NCBI GenBank assembly: GCA_013141015.1
Contig: JABFRT010000008.1
Location: 8,637 to 72,636, forward strand
Length of the DNA: 64,000 nucleotides
Reading direction: 5' to 3'
DNA from: Hyphomicrobium sp.
Lineage (GTDB): Bacteria; Pseudomonadota; Alphaproteobacteria; Rhizobiales; Hyphomicrobiaceae
Made by a program: the position numbers and the translations under genes. Numbering within the stretch: position 1 is the first letter of the stretch; each line of letters opens with the position of its first letter. Shown one piece after another: positions 29,191-38,830 of this stretch. The notes beneath the pieces were generated by a model that saw only the letters and a program-made list of their open reading frames with translations, was not told the DNA's origin and searched no databases.

Positions 29191-32100
29191 GCCACGGTTC
29201 ACGCCTTGGCCTCTCTGGCCATCTGACACGCGCCTTCATCGGCTCGCCCTTGACGCCACTGTTTCTGTTGGCTGGCCTCGCACTCGGATTGATCGCGTTG
29301 TTCGCACTGCCGCGGGAAGAAGAACCGCAGATCTCCGTGCCGATGGTCGATATATTCGTCACTGCCGACGGGTTGAAGGCCGAAGACGCGGTGAAGCTGG
29401 TCACCGAACCTCTGGAGACCATCGTCAAAGCCATCAACGGCGTAGAGCACGTCTATTCCAACACCAGCGATGATCGCACCGTTGTCACCGCCCGCTTTTT
29501 CGTCGGCACGTCGTCGGATGACGCAATCCTGCGCGTGCATGAAAAAATCCGCGCCAATTACAATCGCATTCCAACCGGAATCCCCGAGCCGTTGATCGTC
29601 GGACGCGGCATTGACGACGTAGCCATTGTCACGCTGACGCTGGCGCCGAAGCCCGGGAGCACGCGTTACGAAGACAACGCGCTCTATCACATGGCCGAAG
29701 ACCTGCAGGTCGAACTCGCCAAGCTTGAGAATGTCGGTTTGTCCTATATTGCTGGCGGGCGCCCTGACCAAATCCGGGTCGAGCCCGATCCGGAAAAACT
29801 AGCGCTGTATGGCATTACGCTGGCGCAGCTGGCCGCGAAGGTGCAAGCCGCCAATCGATCGTTTCTAGCCGGCCGCGTCCGCGACAAGAATGAGAGTTTG
29901 GCTGTCGCTGCCGGGCAAACCCTGCACGGCATTCCCGACATCGGACTTTTGATGATGTCGTCGCGCGATGGCCGGCCAGTCTATGTGCGTGATGTGGCGA
30001 ACGTCATCGTCGGCGCCAAGCCGCTTGAGCAACAGGCGTGGCATTTGACGCCCGCCAAAGATGGCTCTCTGACGCGCCAACCCGCGGTTACGCTGGCCAT
30101 AGCCAAGCGTGCCGGCGCCAATGCCGTCGTTATCGGCGAAAGCATCGTGCACCGCCTCACCGCCTTGAAAGGCAATCTGCTGCCCGGCGACATCGATGTT
30201 GCGATTACGCGCAACTACGGAGAGACGGCGAACGACAAGGCCAACGAGTTGCTGTTCCACCTTGGCCTTGCGACCTTGTCGATTGTCATACTCGTCGCTG
30301 TTGCAATCGGCTGGCGTGAGGGCGCTGTGGTGCTGATCGTCATTCCGGCGACAATCCTGCTGACGCTGTTTGCATCCTGGCTGATGGGCTACACCATCAA
30401 TCGTGTCAGCCTGTTCGCGCTGATCTTCTCTATCGGCATTCTGGTCGATGACGCGATTGTGGTGATCGAAAACATCGCCAGACACTGGGGCCTCAATGAT
30501 GGCCGCAGCCGCGCTGATGCAGCGGTTGACGCCGTCGCGGAAGTCGGCAATCCAACCATTGTCGCAACGCTCACCGTGGTCGCGGCCTTGCTGCCGATGC
30601 TGTTCGTCTCCGGCCTAATGGGGCCATATATGAGCCCGATTCCCGCCAACGCGTCGGCGGCGATGGTCTTGTCGTTCTTTGTCGCGATGATCATCACGCC
30701 GTGGCTGATGATGAAGATCGGCAAACCAGACGCCGCGCACGCACATGGCAGCCAACAAGACAGCTGGCTGTCGCGGGCGTATCTCTCGGCAGCGCGTCCG
30801 ATCATCGCCTCAAAAGCGCGGGCGTGGATGTTTCTCGGTCTTGTCGGCCTCGCAACCCTCGCATCCGTCATGCTATTTGCAACCAAAGCCGTCACCGTCA
30901 AACTGCTACCTTTCGACGATAAATCCGAACTGCAAGTTGTCGTTGATCTGCCGGCCGGGTCGTCGCTTGAGGAAACCGGGCGCGTGCTCTCGGCGGCCGC
31001 AGACCGCTTGGCCAGTTTAAAAGAACTCTCATCGATCCAGGCATATGCTGGCACGGCCTCGCCGTTCAACTTCAATGGCCTCGTCCGCCACGCCTATCTG
31101 CGCAGCGAACCGCAGCAAGGCGACCTGCAAATCAACCTCGCGCCGAAGGGCAAGCGCAAACGCACCAGCCACACCATTGCGCTGGACGTGCGTGAACGCT
31201 TGAAGGACCTGCCTGCGCCCGGCGGCACAACCGTCAAAGTTGTCGAAGTTCCGCCCGGCCCGCCCGTCATGGCAACGCTCCTCGCCGAAGTCTACGCCAA
31301 GGATGGCGAGGAACGCCGCGCGGTCGCAGATCAATTGCGCCAGATCTTCCGCAAAGTGCCATTCATTGTCGATGATGATGTCAGCTATCGCGAACGTGCA
31401 CCGCGTGTGCGCCTGACTATCAATCAAGACAATCTCGAGTTCCACAAAGTCGAGGAACGCGACGTCTACGATACCATTCGCGCCTACCTGACTGGATTGC
31501 CTGTCGGCTACTCGCACAAGGGAGGCGGACGCCATCCGGTCGAGATCGCGGTGCAATTGCCGAAATCGGATCTGGCGATCACGCAGAAAACTTTATCGAC
31601 GCCAGTGCCCGCAAACGCCCTCCCAGGCGGCCGGGCCATTGTCGAACTTGGCGACGTTGTAACGGAGACCCGCGAGCGCGCCTCGTTCCCGGTCTTCCGC
31701 CACAATGGGCGCGCCGCAGAGATGGTCATGGCCGAGTTGGCCGGCGCCTATGAGGCGCCCATCTACGGCATGCTTGCGGTTGCCGACCTTGTCGAAAAGC
31801 ACGACTGGGGTACTCTTCCAAAGCCAACGATCTCGTTCCACGGCCAGCCTGATGACGAGGCAAAGCCCGTGCTGCTGTGGGATGGCGAGTGGGAAGTCAC
31901 CTACATCACCTTCCGCGACATGGGCGCGGCGTTTGCTGTCGCCCTGCTGGCGATTTACGTGCTCGTCGTCGCGCAATTCGGTTCCTTCAAATTGCCGCTG
32001 GTGATCTTGACGCCTGTGCCGCTGACGCTGATTGGCATTATGATCGGCCATTGGCTTTTTGGCGCACCGTTCACGGCAACGTCGATGATCGGCTTTATTG

Positions 32101-32426
32101 CGCTTGCCGGCATAATCGTGCGCAACTCGATCCTGCTTGTCGATTTCATTGCCGAACGCAAAAGCGGCGGCGCGCCGTTGCGTCAGGTGCTGCTCGAGGC
32201 CGGCGCCATCCGCTTTAAGCCAATCCTGTTGACGGCGCTGGCCGCGATGATCGGCGCAGCCGTGATATTAACGGATCCGATTTTTCAAGGCCTGGCGATT
32301 TCTTTGCTGTTTGGGTTAGCGTCATCGACACTGCTGACCGTGCTCGTCATTCCGGCGATTTACGTGGTCATGCGCGACGATGGCCGGTCTTGGCCGGACA
32401 GCGCAGTGGCTCCAGCCGAGCACTAA
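29187..32426 (+). CDS. Efflux RND transporter permease (AcrB/AcrD/AcrF family)
   Basis: 1079 aa, 12-TM layout with two large periplasmic loops. Motifs such as FALIFSIGILVDDAIVVIENI. Confidence 0.9.
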   Translation: MSHGSRLGLSGHLTRAFIGSPLTPLFLLAGLALGLIALFALPREEEPQISVPMVDIFVTADGLKAEDAVKLVTEPLETIVKAINGVEHVYSNTSDDRTVVTARFFVGTSSDDAILRVHEKIRANYNRIPTGIPEPLIVGRGIDDVAIVTLTLAPKPGSTRYEDNALYHMAEDLQVELAKLENVGLSYIAGGRPDQIRVEPDPEKLALYGITLAQLAAKVQAANRSFLAGRVRDKNESLAVAAGQTLHGIPDIGLLMMSSRDGRPVYVRDVANVIVGAKPLEQQAWHLTPAKDGSLTRQPAVTLAIAKRAGANAVVIGESIVHRLTALKGNLLPGDIDVAITRNYGETANDKANELLFHLGLATLSIVILVAVAIGWREGAVVLIVIPATILLTLFASWLMGYTINRVSLFALIFSIGILVDDAIVVIENIARHWGLNDGRSRADAAVDAVAEVGNPTIVATLTVVAALLPMLFVSGLMGPYMSPIPANASAAMVLSFFVAMIITPWLMMKIGKPDAAHAHGSQQDSWLSRAYLSAARPIIASKARAWMFLGLVGLATLASVMLFATKAVTVKLLPFDDKSELQVVVDLPAGSSLEETGRVLSAAADRLASLKELSSIQAYAGTASPFNFNGLVRHAYLRSEPQQGDLQINLAPKGKRKRTSHTIALDVRERLKDLPAPGGTTVKVVEVPPGPPVMATLLAEVYAKDGEERRAVADQLRQIFRKVPFIVDDDVSYRERAPRVRLTINQDNLEFHKVEERDVYDTIRAYLTGLPVGYSHKGGGRHPVEIAVQLPKSDLAITQKTLSTPVPANALPGGRAIVELGDVVTETRERASFPVFRHNGRAAEMVMAELAGAYEAPIYGMLAVADLVEKHDWGTLPKPTISFHGQPDDEAKPVLLWDGEWEVTYITFRDMGAAFAVALLAIYVLVVAQFGSFKLPLVILTPVPLTLIGIMIGHWLFGAPFTATSMIGFIALAGIIVRNSILLVDFIAERKSGGAPLRQVLLEAGAIRFKPILLTALAAMIGAAVILTDPIFQGLAISLLFGLASSTLLTVLVIPAIYVVMRDDGRSWPDSAVAPAEH

Positions 32427-32657
32427 TTCGTGATCTCAGCACAAGCGGCCGGAATTTGATCCAACGCAAGTTGCACATCTATCAGGCCGCTACAAATATA
32501 GGGCCTAGCTAAGGCCGGATGGGCGGTATCGATAGACCGCTGAACCGGCCAGCCCGGCGATCATGTTGGCGCGCCGGTAGCGGGTGGCGCGAGGCGGATA
32601 AAACCGCCGGCCTGCAGCCTACCCGGCAAGCGTCTTGAATTGTGGAAAGGCCCATCA

Positions 32658-33050
32658 ATGCAACACTATCACGCCGTCGTTTGGCTCGATCATCGCGAGG
32701 CTCGCGTCTTCTTTTTTGACCGCCATTCCGTCGATGAAGTCGATATCGCGACGCGTAAGCCGAACCATCACCTGCATCACAAGAAGGGCAGCGCTGCCGG
32801 CAAGAAGCAGCCCGAGGATCAGCATTTCTACCATGAGATTGTCGATAGTATGAAGCCCGCCAAAGAGTGGCTGATCATGGGACCAGGATCGGCCAAGCTT
32901 GAGCTAGTCAAGCACGTGCATCATCACGACAAATCGTTGAGTGATCATATCGTTGGTGTCGAAACCTCGGATCATCCAACGGACAAGCAAATCGTGGCGC
33001 ACGCCCGCGAGTACTTCAAGGCCGCCGACGCTATGCGGCCGCAGGTCTAG
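32658..33050 (+). CDS. Conserved hypothetical protein (His-rich; family sometimes annotated 'translational machinery protein')
   Basis: Likely start ATG 32658 (MQHYHAVVWLDHREARVFFF...). The family assignment is from memory of similar alphaproteobacterial proteins and is uncertain. Confidence 0.5.
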   Translation: MQHYHAVVWLDHREARVFFFDRHSVDEVDIATRKPNHHLHHKKGSAAGKKQPEDQHFYHEIVDSMKPAKEWLIMGPGSAKLELVKHVHHHDKSLSDHIVGVETSDHPTDKQIVAHAREYFKAADAMRPQV

Positions 33051-33063
33051 GTGATCGATAATT

Positions 33064-33426
33064 TTGCGGCCGCCGAGGAGGGTGAATTTGAATCTCGCAA
33101 TTGGTTTTTACTTTGCCGTGCTTGCTTCAACATTGCCCTCAGCGGCGGCCACTATCGATTCCTCAACCTTGAATACAGGTGAAGCTCTGCTGCAAACGCA
33201 CTGCAGCCGTTGCCACGCCATCGGCAAAGATGGCGCCAGTTCGCACGAAAAGGCTCCGCCATTCCGGACGGTCATGGAGCGTTACCCCGCGGAGAACCTT
33301 GCCGAGGCCTTGGCAGAGGGCATCGTGTCGGGCCACCCGGATATGCCGGAGTTTGTGTTTAAGACCGGTGAAATCGATGCGATCATCAACTATCTCAATA
33401 GCCTCAAGCCGCCAGCTAAGCCTTGA
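33064..33426 (+). CDS. Class I c-type cytochrome, secreted
   Basis: 120 aa, TTG start. Signal peptide, heme motif CSRCH, distal Met candidate in HPDMPEF. Confidence 0.75.
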   Translation: MRPPRRVNLNLAIGFYFAVLASTLPSAAATIDSSTLNTGEALLQTHCSRCHAIGKDGASSHEKAPPFRTVMERYPAENLAEALAEGIVSGHPDMPEFVFKTGEIDAIINYLNSLKPPAKP

Positions 33427-33525
33427 TACTTGACCGATCATCGGACGCGCAAATCTTGACGGCGGTCAAAGCGGCACTGCTGAATTTCTTAGACAATCAC
33501 TAAATGATTTCAAAGGAGCAGGCCT

Positions 33526-33825
33526 ATGTTCACATCACAAACAAAGTCACGGTTGGCTGGCGTGGCCGTCTGCGCAACGCTTGGCATCGCGGTCAGCGCG
33601 CCATTGCGGGCAGACGAAGCTTGGGAAAAGCTGCTCCGCATTCAGTTGGAAGAAACCCACAAGTGCATATTGTCGGGAACGGTGTTTGTGCGCGAGATGC
33701 CGTCTGGCGAAGGCATCACCTATTCGGGCCGCGCCAAATGTTTTGATGGCCGCGATTTCGATTTTTCACAAAGCAAGCCGCATATGAAATTCGACATCAA
33801 GTCTTGCGATCCGACTGTTTGCTAA
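33526..33825 (+). CDS. Hypothetical small secreted Cys-containing protein
   Basis: 99 aa. Signal peptide ending VSAPLRA, four Cys in the mature part. Confidence 0.45.
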   Translation: MFTSQTKSRLAGVAVCATLGIAVSAPLRADEAWEKLLRIQLEETHKCILSGTVFVREMPSGEGITYSGRAKCFDGRDFDFSQSKPHMKFDIKSCDPTVC

Positions 33826-33892
33826 AACAGCTGGCCTTCGGGCCCAATTGCCTGCCGCGTGCATTTCGATGTGCCGAATGGAGTATTTTTTG

Positions 33893-34744
33893 ATGACCTT
33901 CAAAACAATTCTCGTCAACCTCAACCACGAAGCTCGCGCCGCAGAGCTGATCGCGGCTGCGGCAACGGTTGCTCGAAACAACGAAGCTCATCTGATCGGC
34001 CTCTACGTGATGCCGCCGCTATTCATGCCAAGCGACGTCATTTTGCCGATGGGGTCTGAGTTCTACGAACAGCAGATCAGCGAGCACCGCGCCCAGGCAG
34101 AGCGGATTAAGTCCGTGTTTGACCGCCTGACACGCGGAGAGCCATTTGTTGCCGAATGGCGCGTCTATGGCGAAGCCCGCAGCGCCTATCAATCCATTGC
34201 GGACGGTGTTGTCGCCCAGTCGCGCGCCGCAGAACTCGTCATCGTCAGCCAGGCCAGCGACGGTATCGCGCCACCGATGCTGACAGATATTCCTGAACGC
34301 GTTGCAATCGAGAGCGGACGGCCCGTGCTGGTCATACCTGTTTCGTGGCAGCCGGGCGCATTCGGCGCGAACATTGCGGTTGCCTGGAACGACAGCCGCG
34401 AGGCGGCCCGCGCTACGTTTGACGCGCTGCCATTCTTGCGGCTGGCCAAAACCGTCCGGCTGATTTCGGCGGGCGACGAAAAGGATGCCGATGGCGCAAC
34501 CGCGTTGCTTGGCGCCGATGTGGCCGCGACGCTGGCGCGTCACGGATTGAGCATCGAGGTCGCCAATATCGCCGATACCGCACGCAGCGCCGGGCCCGCA
34601 CTTCTCGCACGCGCCGTTTCTGATGGCTCTGATTTGCTGGTGATGGGCGCTTATGGCCACTCACGCATGCGGGAGTTCATCCTGGGTGGAGCAACGCGCG
34701 ATATTCTGAAAGCCATGACCGTGCCCGTTTTGATGTCCCACTAA
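33893..34744 (+). CDS. Universal stress protein (tandem UspA domains)
   Basis: Likely start M16 of the track ORF (MTFKTILVNLN). The C-terminal LLVMGAYGHSRMREFILGGATRDIL is a Usp ATP-binding-type motif. Confidence 0.8.
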   Translation: MTFKTILVNLNHEARAAELIAAAATVARNNEAHLIGLYVMPPLFMPSDVILPMGSEFYEQQISEHRAQAERIKSVFDRLTRGEPFVAEWRVYGEARSAYQSIADGVVAQSRAAELVIVSQASDGIAPPMLTDIPERVAIESGRPVLVIPVSWQPGAFGANIAVAWNDSREAARATFDALPFLRLAKTVRLISAGDEKDADGATALLGADVAATLARHGLSIEVANIADTARSAGPALLARAVSDGSDLLVMGAYGHSRMREFILGGATRDILKAMTVPVLMSH

Positions 34745-34748
34745 GCTG

Positions 34749-35147
34749 GTGAGAAACCATCCCATGACACCACCACCAAACCTGCAGCGCATCCGCCTTG
34801 AACTTGCCCGCGACCACGACTTTCCTGAAGGGAGCCGCGAGCGCGGATATGAATTCGCAGCTCCCCTCGATGACACAGGACATCTCGATGCAGCGGCGTG
34901 GAAGAAGGTTCGTGAGCGCTGCCGCGTGCGCCGGTTCTGGCCGGGCGAAGCAACCGAAATTTGCCACCTCGTGCATAAGCGCGGCGGTGCCTGGGCGGTC
35001 GACTACGACCCCAATAGCGACGCCGACGACGAAACCGGTTTTAAGCTCAGCAGCCACAAGTTTGTGCCCGGCGAGTACGTGTCGTTCAAAGAGCACGACG
35101 GCGTGATGCGCACGTTCCGCGTCGCCGCGGTTTACGATCTCGACTAG
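34749..35147 (+). CDS. Conserved hypothetical protein
   Basis: 132-aa ORF with GC-rich coding-like composition. No family recognised. Confidence 0.45.
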   Translation: MRNHPMTPPPNLQRIRLELARDHDFPEGSRERGYEFAAPLDDTGHLDAAAWKKVRERCRVRRFWPGEATEICHLVHKRGGAWAVDYDPNSDADDETGFKLSSHKFVPGEYVSFKEHDGVMRTFRVAAVYDLD

Positions 35148-35463
35148 AAGTCTGGCGCGCTTAACGCGTGGCCGGGCGTGTCATGACGCGGGGCGGTCCG
35201 TCGAGCATGACGGCTGCCACGTCGCGGGCAATCGAGCGGAATTCATATTCTGCCGCCCCCAGCCGGGCCTCAATCGAGACCGAAGCTGGATCTTCTATAA
35301 ATGCCACGTCGCGGCCCACGCGCCATGTTCGAAACGATTTGAATATGCCCATCCCGGCCTCCGCATGCAGAAGCCCGAATCGCTAACCTGATTCGCTGTG
35401 GATGATTCGCCCGCCCGCCTCTTATCCGCCGCTGTTTTTAGGGGCCGGCCGGATCGCGGTGCC

Positions 35464-36321
35464 TCAGATGATCGACTTGGCGTAGAGATCCGTCCGCCGG
35501 TCGCGGAAAAAGCCCCAATCGGCGCGGTAACTCTCAATTTCGCCCAAGTCAAAGGTGTGCAAGATCACACCTTCGTCCTTGGCGCCGAGGCTTTCGACCA
35601 ACTCGCCGGTGTGATCTGTGATGAACGAATGACCATAGAACCGCTGCTTACCGCCGACGTCCTCCAGGCCAATGCGATTGGCGGCAATGACCGGCACCGC
35701 ATTCGACACGGCGTGACCCTGCATCGCCCGTTGCCAGCGCTTGTGGGTATCAAGCGCGCCATCATAGGGCTCTGAGCCTATAGCCGTAGGATAGAGCAGT
35801 ATTTCAGCCCCCTGAAGCATCATTGCCCGCGCGCATTCCGGATACCACTGATCCCAGCAGATACCGACGCCGATGGAGCCAAAGCGGGTCTGCCAAGCTT
35901 TGAAACCTGTGTCGCCGGGGCGGAAGTAATACTTCTCTTGATAGCCGGGCCCGTCTGGGATGTGGCTCTTGCGGTAGACGCCGAGACTTTCGCCGTCTGC
36001 GTCCACGATCACCACGCTGTTGTAATAGCGCGGGCCGTCCTTCTCGAAAATCGAAACCGGGATAACGACCTTCAAAGCCTTGGCCAGTTTCTGCATAGCC
36101 GTGACGCACGGATGCGAAGCCGCCGGAAACGCGGTTGCAAACCAGTCCGGGTTTTGCTCGGTGCAGAAGTATAAGCCTTGGAATAGCTCAGACGGCAGGA
36201 TCACCTGCGCGCCCTTTTTGGCGGCTTCGCGGACGAGCTTTTCGGTTTTGGCGATGTTCGCCTTGATGTCGGCCCCATACGAGGTTTGAAGGGCAGCGAC
36301 GCTGATGGTCCGGCGGCTCAT
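35464..36321 (-). CDS. aguB: N-carbamoylputrescine amidase
   Basis: Likely start M10 (36321), forming an ATGA overlap with the aguA stop. CN-hydrolase with YRKSHIPDGPGYQEKYYFRPGD and catalytic Cys context GVGICWDQWYPE. Confidence 0.85.
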   Translation of the reverse strand: MSRRTISVAALQTSYGADIKANIAKTEKLVREAAKKGAQVILPSELFQGLYFCTEQNPDWFATAFPAASHPCVTAMQKLAKALKVVIPVSIFEKDGPRYYNSVVIVDADGESLGVYRKSHIPDGPGYQEKYYFRPGDTGFKAWQTRFGSIGVGICWDQWYPECARAMMLQGAEILLYPTAIGSEPYDGALDTHKRWQRAMQGHAVSNAVPVIAANRIGLEDVGGKQRFYGHSFITDHTGELVESLGAKDEGVILHTFDLGEIESYRADWGFFRDRRTDLYAKSII

Positions 36322-37343
36322 GTGCGCGGCTCCTGCTGCGTAATGCAATGAAATGATCCGCCACCCGCTTCGCCAGCGCCGAGAAGTCCGCGCGATGACA
36401 CGCCGATGACTTTGCGATCAGGGAACACGGCCTGCAGGGCGTTCAAGGCGGCCTCTTGCGTTGGAGTGCCGTAGACCGGCACCACCACCACGCCATTGGC
36501 GATGATGAAATTCATGTGCGACGCCGGCGAAATTTCACCAAGCTTGTTGCGATACAAACCAACGCCTGGAATACGCACAACGTCGAGCGTGCGGCCTGCC
36601 GCATCGGTTGATTGCGCAAGCGTTGCTGCAATGGCATTCAACGTCTCAGCGTTTGGATCATCGGGCCCAGCGGGGGCCTGACAGACAACGCAGCCCGGCG
36701 CGACGAAGCGGGCGATGTTGTCGATGTGGCCGTCGGTATGATCGTTCTTCAAGCCCTCATCAATCCAGATGATTTTGCGGGCGTTGAATGCGTCAACCAG
36801 CGCCGCTTCCGCTTGATCCTTGGTCCAGCCGTTGCGGTTCGGATTGAGCAGCGTCTGCCGCGTCGTCAGGATTGTGCCTTCGCCATCCTGATCAATCGCG
36901 CCGCCTTCAAGCACGAACGGAAAACGCCGGACGGTTGTGCCGGACGCGTGCGCGACATCGTCGCCAACGGTGGCGTCATCGGGCAAATCGTATTTGCCAC
37001 CCCAGCTATTTGTTGCAAAGCGCAGTGCAACTGGCCCGTTGGGACCGGCGGCAAAAATCGGACCAGTGTCGCGCAGCCAGATGTCGCCGTACTTGGCATC
37101 AACCAGTGTCGCGGTTTTCCCAAGAGCGGCCGCCGCCGAAGCGCGCGCGTCAGCATCATGAACGAGCACGCAGACCCGGTTCGACGGCGCGAGCACTGCG
37201 ATCAGATTGACGATATCCTGGCGCGGGCTCTGAAGATCGCCGCCCCATTCGCTCTGGCTATAAGGCCACGCGGTCCAGATTGCCTTCTGCGGTGCCCACT
37301 CAGCGGGCACGCGGACTGCGCCTGCGCGATCCGACTTGACCAT
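36318..37343 (-). CDS. aguA: Agmatine deiminase
   Basis: 341 aa. WLRDTGPIF near the N-half and the C-terminal catalytic Cys motif GGSFHCITQQEP. Confidence 0.85.
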   Translation of the reverse strand: MVKSDRAGAVRVPAEWAPQKAIWTAWPYSQSEWGGDLQSPRQDIVNLIAVLAPSNRVCVLVHDADARASAAAALGKTATLVDAKYGDIWLRDTGPIFAAGPNGPVALRFATNSWGGKYDLPDDATVGDDVAHASGTTVRRFPFVLEGGAIDQDGEGTILTTRQTLLNPNRNGWTKDQAEAALVDAFNARKIIWIDEGLKNDHTDGHIDNIARFVAPGCVVCQAPAGPDDPNAETLNAIAATLAQSTDAAGRTLDVVRIPGVGLYRNKLGEISPASHMNFIIANGVVVVPVYGTPTQEAALNALQAVFPDRKVIGVSSRGLLGAGEAGGGSFHCITQQEPRT

Positions 37344-37395
37344 TCAATTGTTCCTTCCGTGCCACCGTTACAAACCGCAAATCGCGGCCGGGGTT

Positions 37396-38571
37396 CTATG
37401 CCTCGTTGGCGATCGGCAAATCATCTTCTGTGTAGATTGAGTACATCGGCTCATCCTGAAGGATGACTTCCTTGTAGTGGCCATAGCCGTTGAAGCGCGT
37501 CGATAGCGCACGGCCGTATGCACCGATGTTGCCGATTTCAATATAGTCCCCTTCGCGCACCGAGGCTGGCAGCAGGAACGGGCCTTTCATGTGATCGATT
37601 GAGTCGCAGGTCGGTCCCCAGAACTCAAACGGCAACAACGGCTCGTTGGTATCCAGCCCATCGCGGATCAAGCGTACCGGAAATACAAAGCCCAGCTGGG
37701 CGCTGTCGTACAATGCGCCATAGCCGCCATCATTGATGTAGAGTTCATCACCCTTGCGCAGATCGACTTTGACGATCAGGCTTTCGGCTTCTGCGACTAG
37801 CGCGCGGCCAGGTTCGCAAATCAACCGGCAATGCTCGGTCACAGGCATTTTGGCCATCGAGGCTTTTATCACCTCGATGAAGTCCTCAAGCCGCGCCGGA
37901 ACGCTGTCGGTGTAGCGCGACGGAAAACCGCCGCCGACGTCAATTGCATCGACCACGACACCTGCCTTCACGATCAGCTTCTTGACCTCATCAAACGCCA
38001 TGCCATAGGCGTCCGGGGTCGTCGTCTGCGAGCCGACGTGAAAGGTGATGCCGAGTTCGTCGGCAACTTGGCGTGTTTTAACAAGCAAGCGCTGCGCGCG
38101 CTGCCCGACCACGCCAAATTTACGCTCCAGCGGAATACGGCTGTTCTTCGAGGGAACCGCAATGCGCACGAACAATTCGAGATCCTTGGCGCCGCCCGTT
38201 TCCTCAACGATCTTTTGCAATTCGTCTTCGCTATCGAGCGCGAAACATTTGATGTCGTAGTCGAAGTACGCCTTACGGATGGCATGGCGTGATTTGACGG
38301 GGTGCATAAAGTGCAGGCGCACGCCGGGAATGGTGGCGGCATCTTCGAGTTCCACCACGGAGGCAACGTCAAACTGGGTGATGCCCGCGCCATAGAGCGC
38401 GCCGAGCAAAAACACCGAGCTGTTGGCCTTGTAGGCGTAGGCGACTTCGCCGGGAAAATTCTGCGTGAACCAACGCGCGGCACGCCCTGCCGCGTGAGGG
38501 CGGGCGGCAAACACCGGGATGTCCGGCTTCAGCGCGGTCACCATCTCCAATGCTGTGCTGAATTTTTCCAT
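37396..38571 (-). CDS. Type III PLP-dependent (Orn/Lys/Arg) decarboxylase, alanine-racemase fold
   Basis: Likely start M26 (38571), preceded by GGAGG. PLP-Lys context YAYKANS, then IDVGGGFP and GPTCDSID motifs. Confidence 0.8.
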   Translation of the reverse strand: MEKFSTALEMVTALKPDIPVFAARPHAAGRAARWFTQNFPGEVAYAYKANSSVFLLGALYGAGITQFDVASVVELEDAATIPGVRLHFMHPVKSRHAIRKAYFDYDIKCFALDSEDELQKIVEETGGAKDLELFVRIAVPSKNSRIPLERKFGVVGQRAQRLLVKTRQVADELGITFHVGSQTTTPDAYGMAFDEVKKLIVKAGVVVDAIDVGGGFPSRYTDSVPARLEDFIEVIKASMAKMPVTEHCRLICEPGRALVAEAESLIVKVDLRKGDELYINDGGYGALYDSAQLGFVFPVRLIRDGLDTNEPLLPFEFWGPTCDSIDHMKGPFLLPASVREGDYIEIGNIGAYGRALSTRFNGYGHYKEVILQDEPMYSIYTEDDLPIANEA

Positions 38572-38830
38572 TTCGACGGGAGGCCTCCACCTCAAAGTAA
38601 CGGCCGGCGCGGGCGCGAACGCTGCGCACGCAGAAACTCGCTGCATTTAGGGGCCACCACCCCCCCTGTAAAGTGGCATTTGCATGCAATCTCAAACGCG
38701 GTTGCCAAGTCCCTGCGGCGGCGGCCGGCCTTGCTGAGCGTTCCGCGCAAATCGGCGATTGACGGGTGAGGCCGGAGCAGAGAATGCTTATTGGCCCCAA
38801 GACCGGCCACAACACGAAGAAAGGTTGCCC

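Noticed and set aside
35161-35352. 63-aa minus-strand ORF between the hypothetical gene and aguB
   Set aside because: It has no RBS, no recognisable family and a competing plus-strand ORF (35168..35386). There is insufficient evidence to call it.
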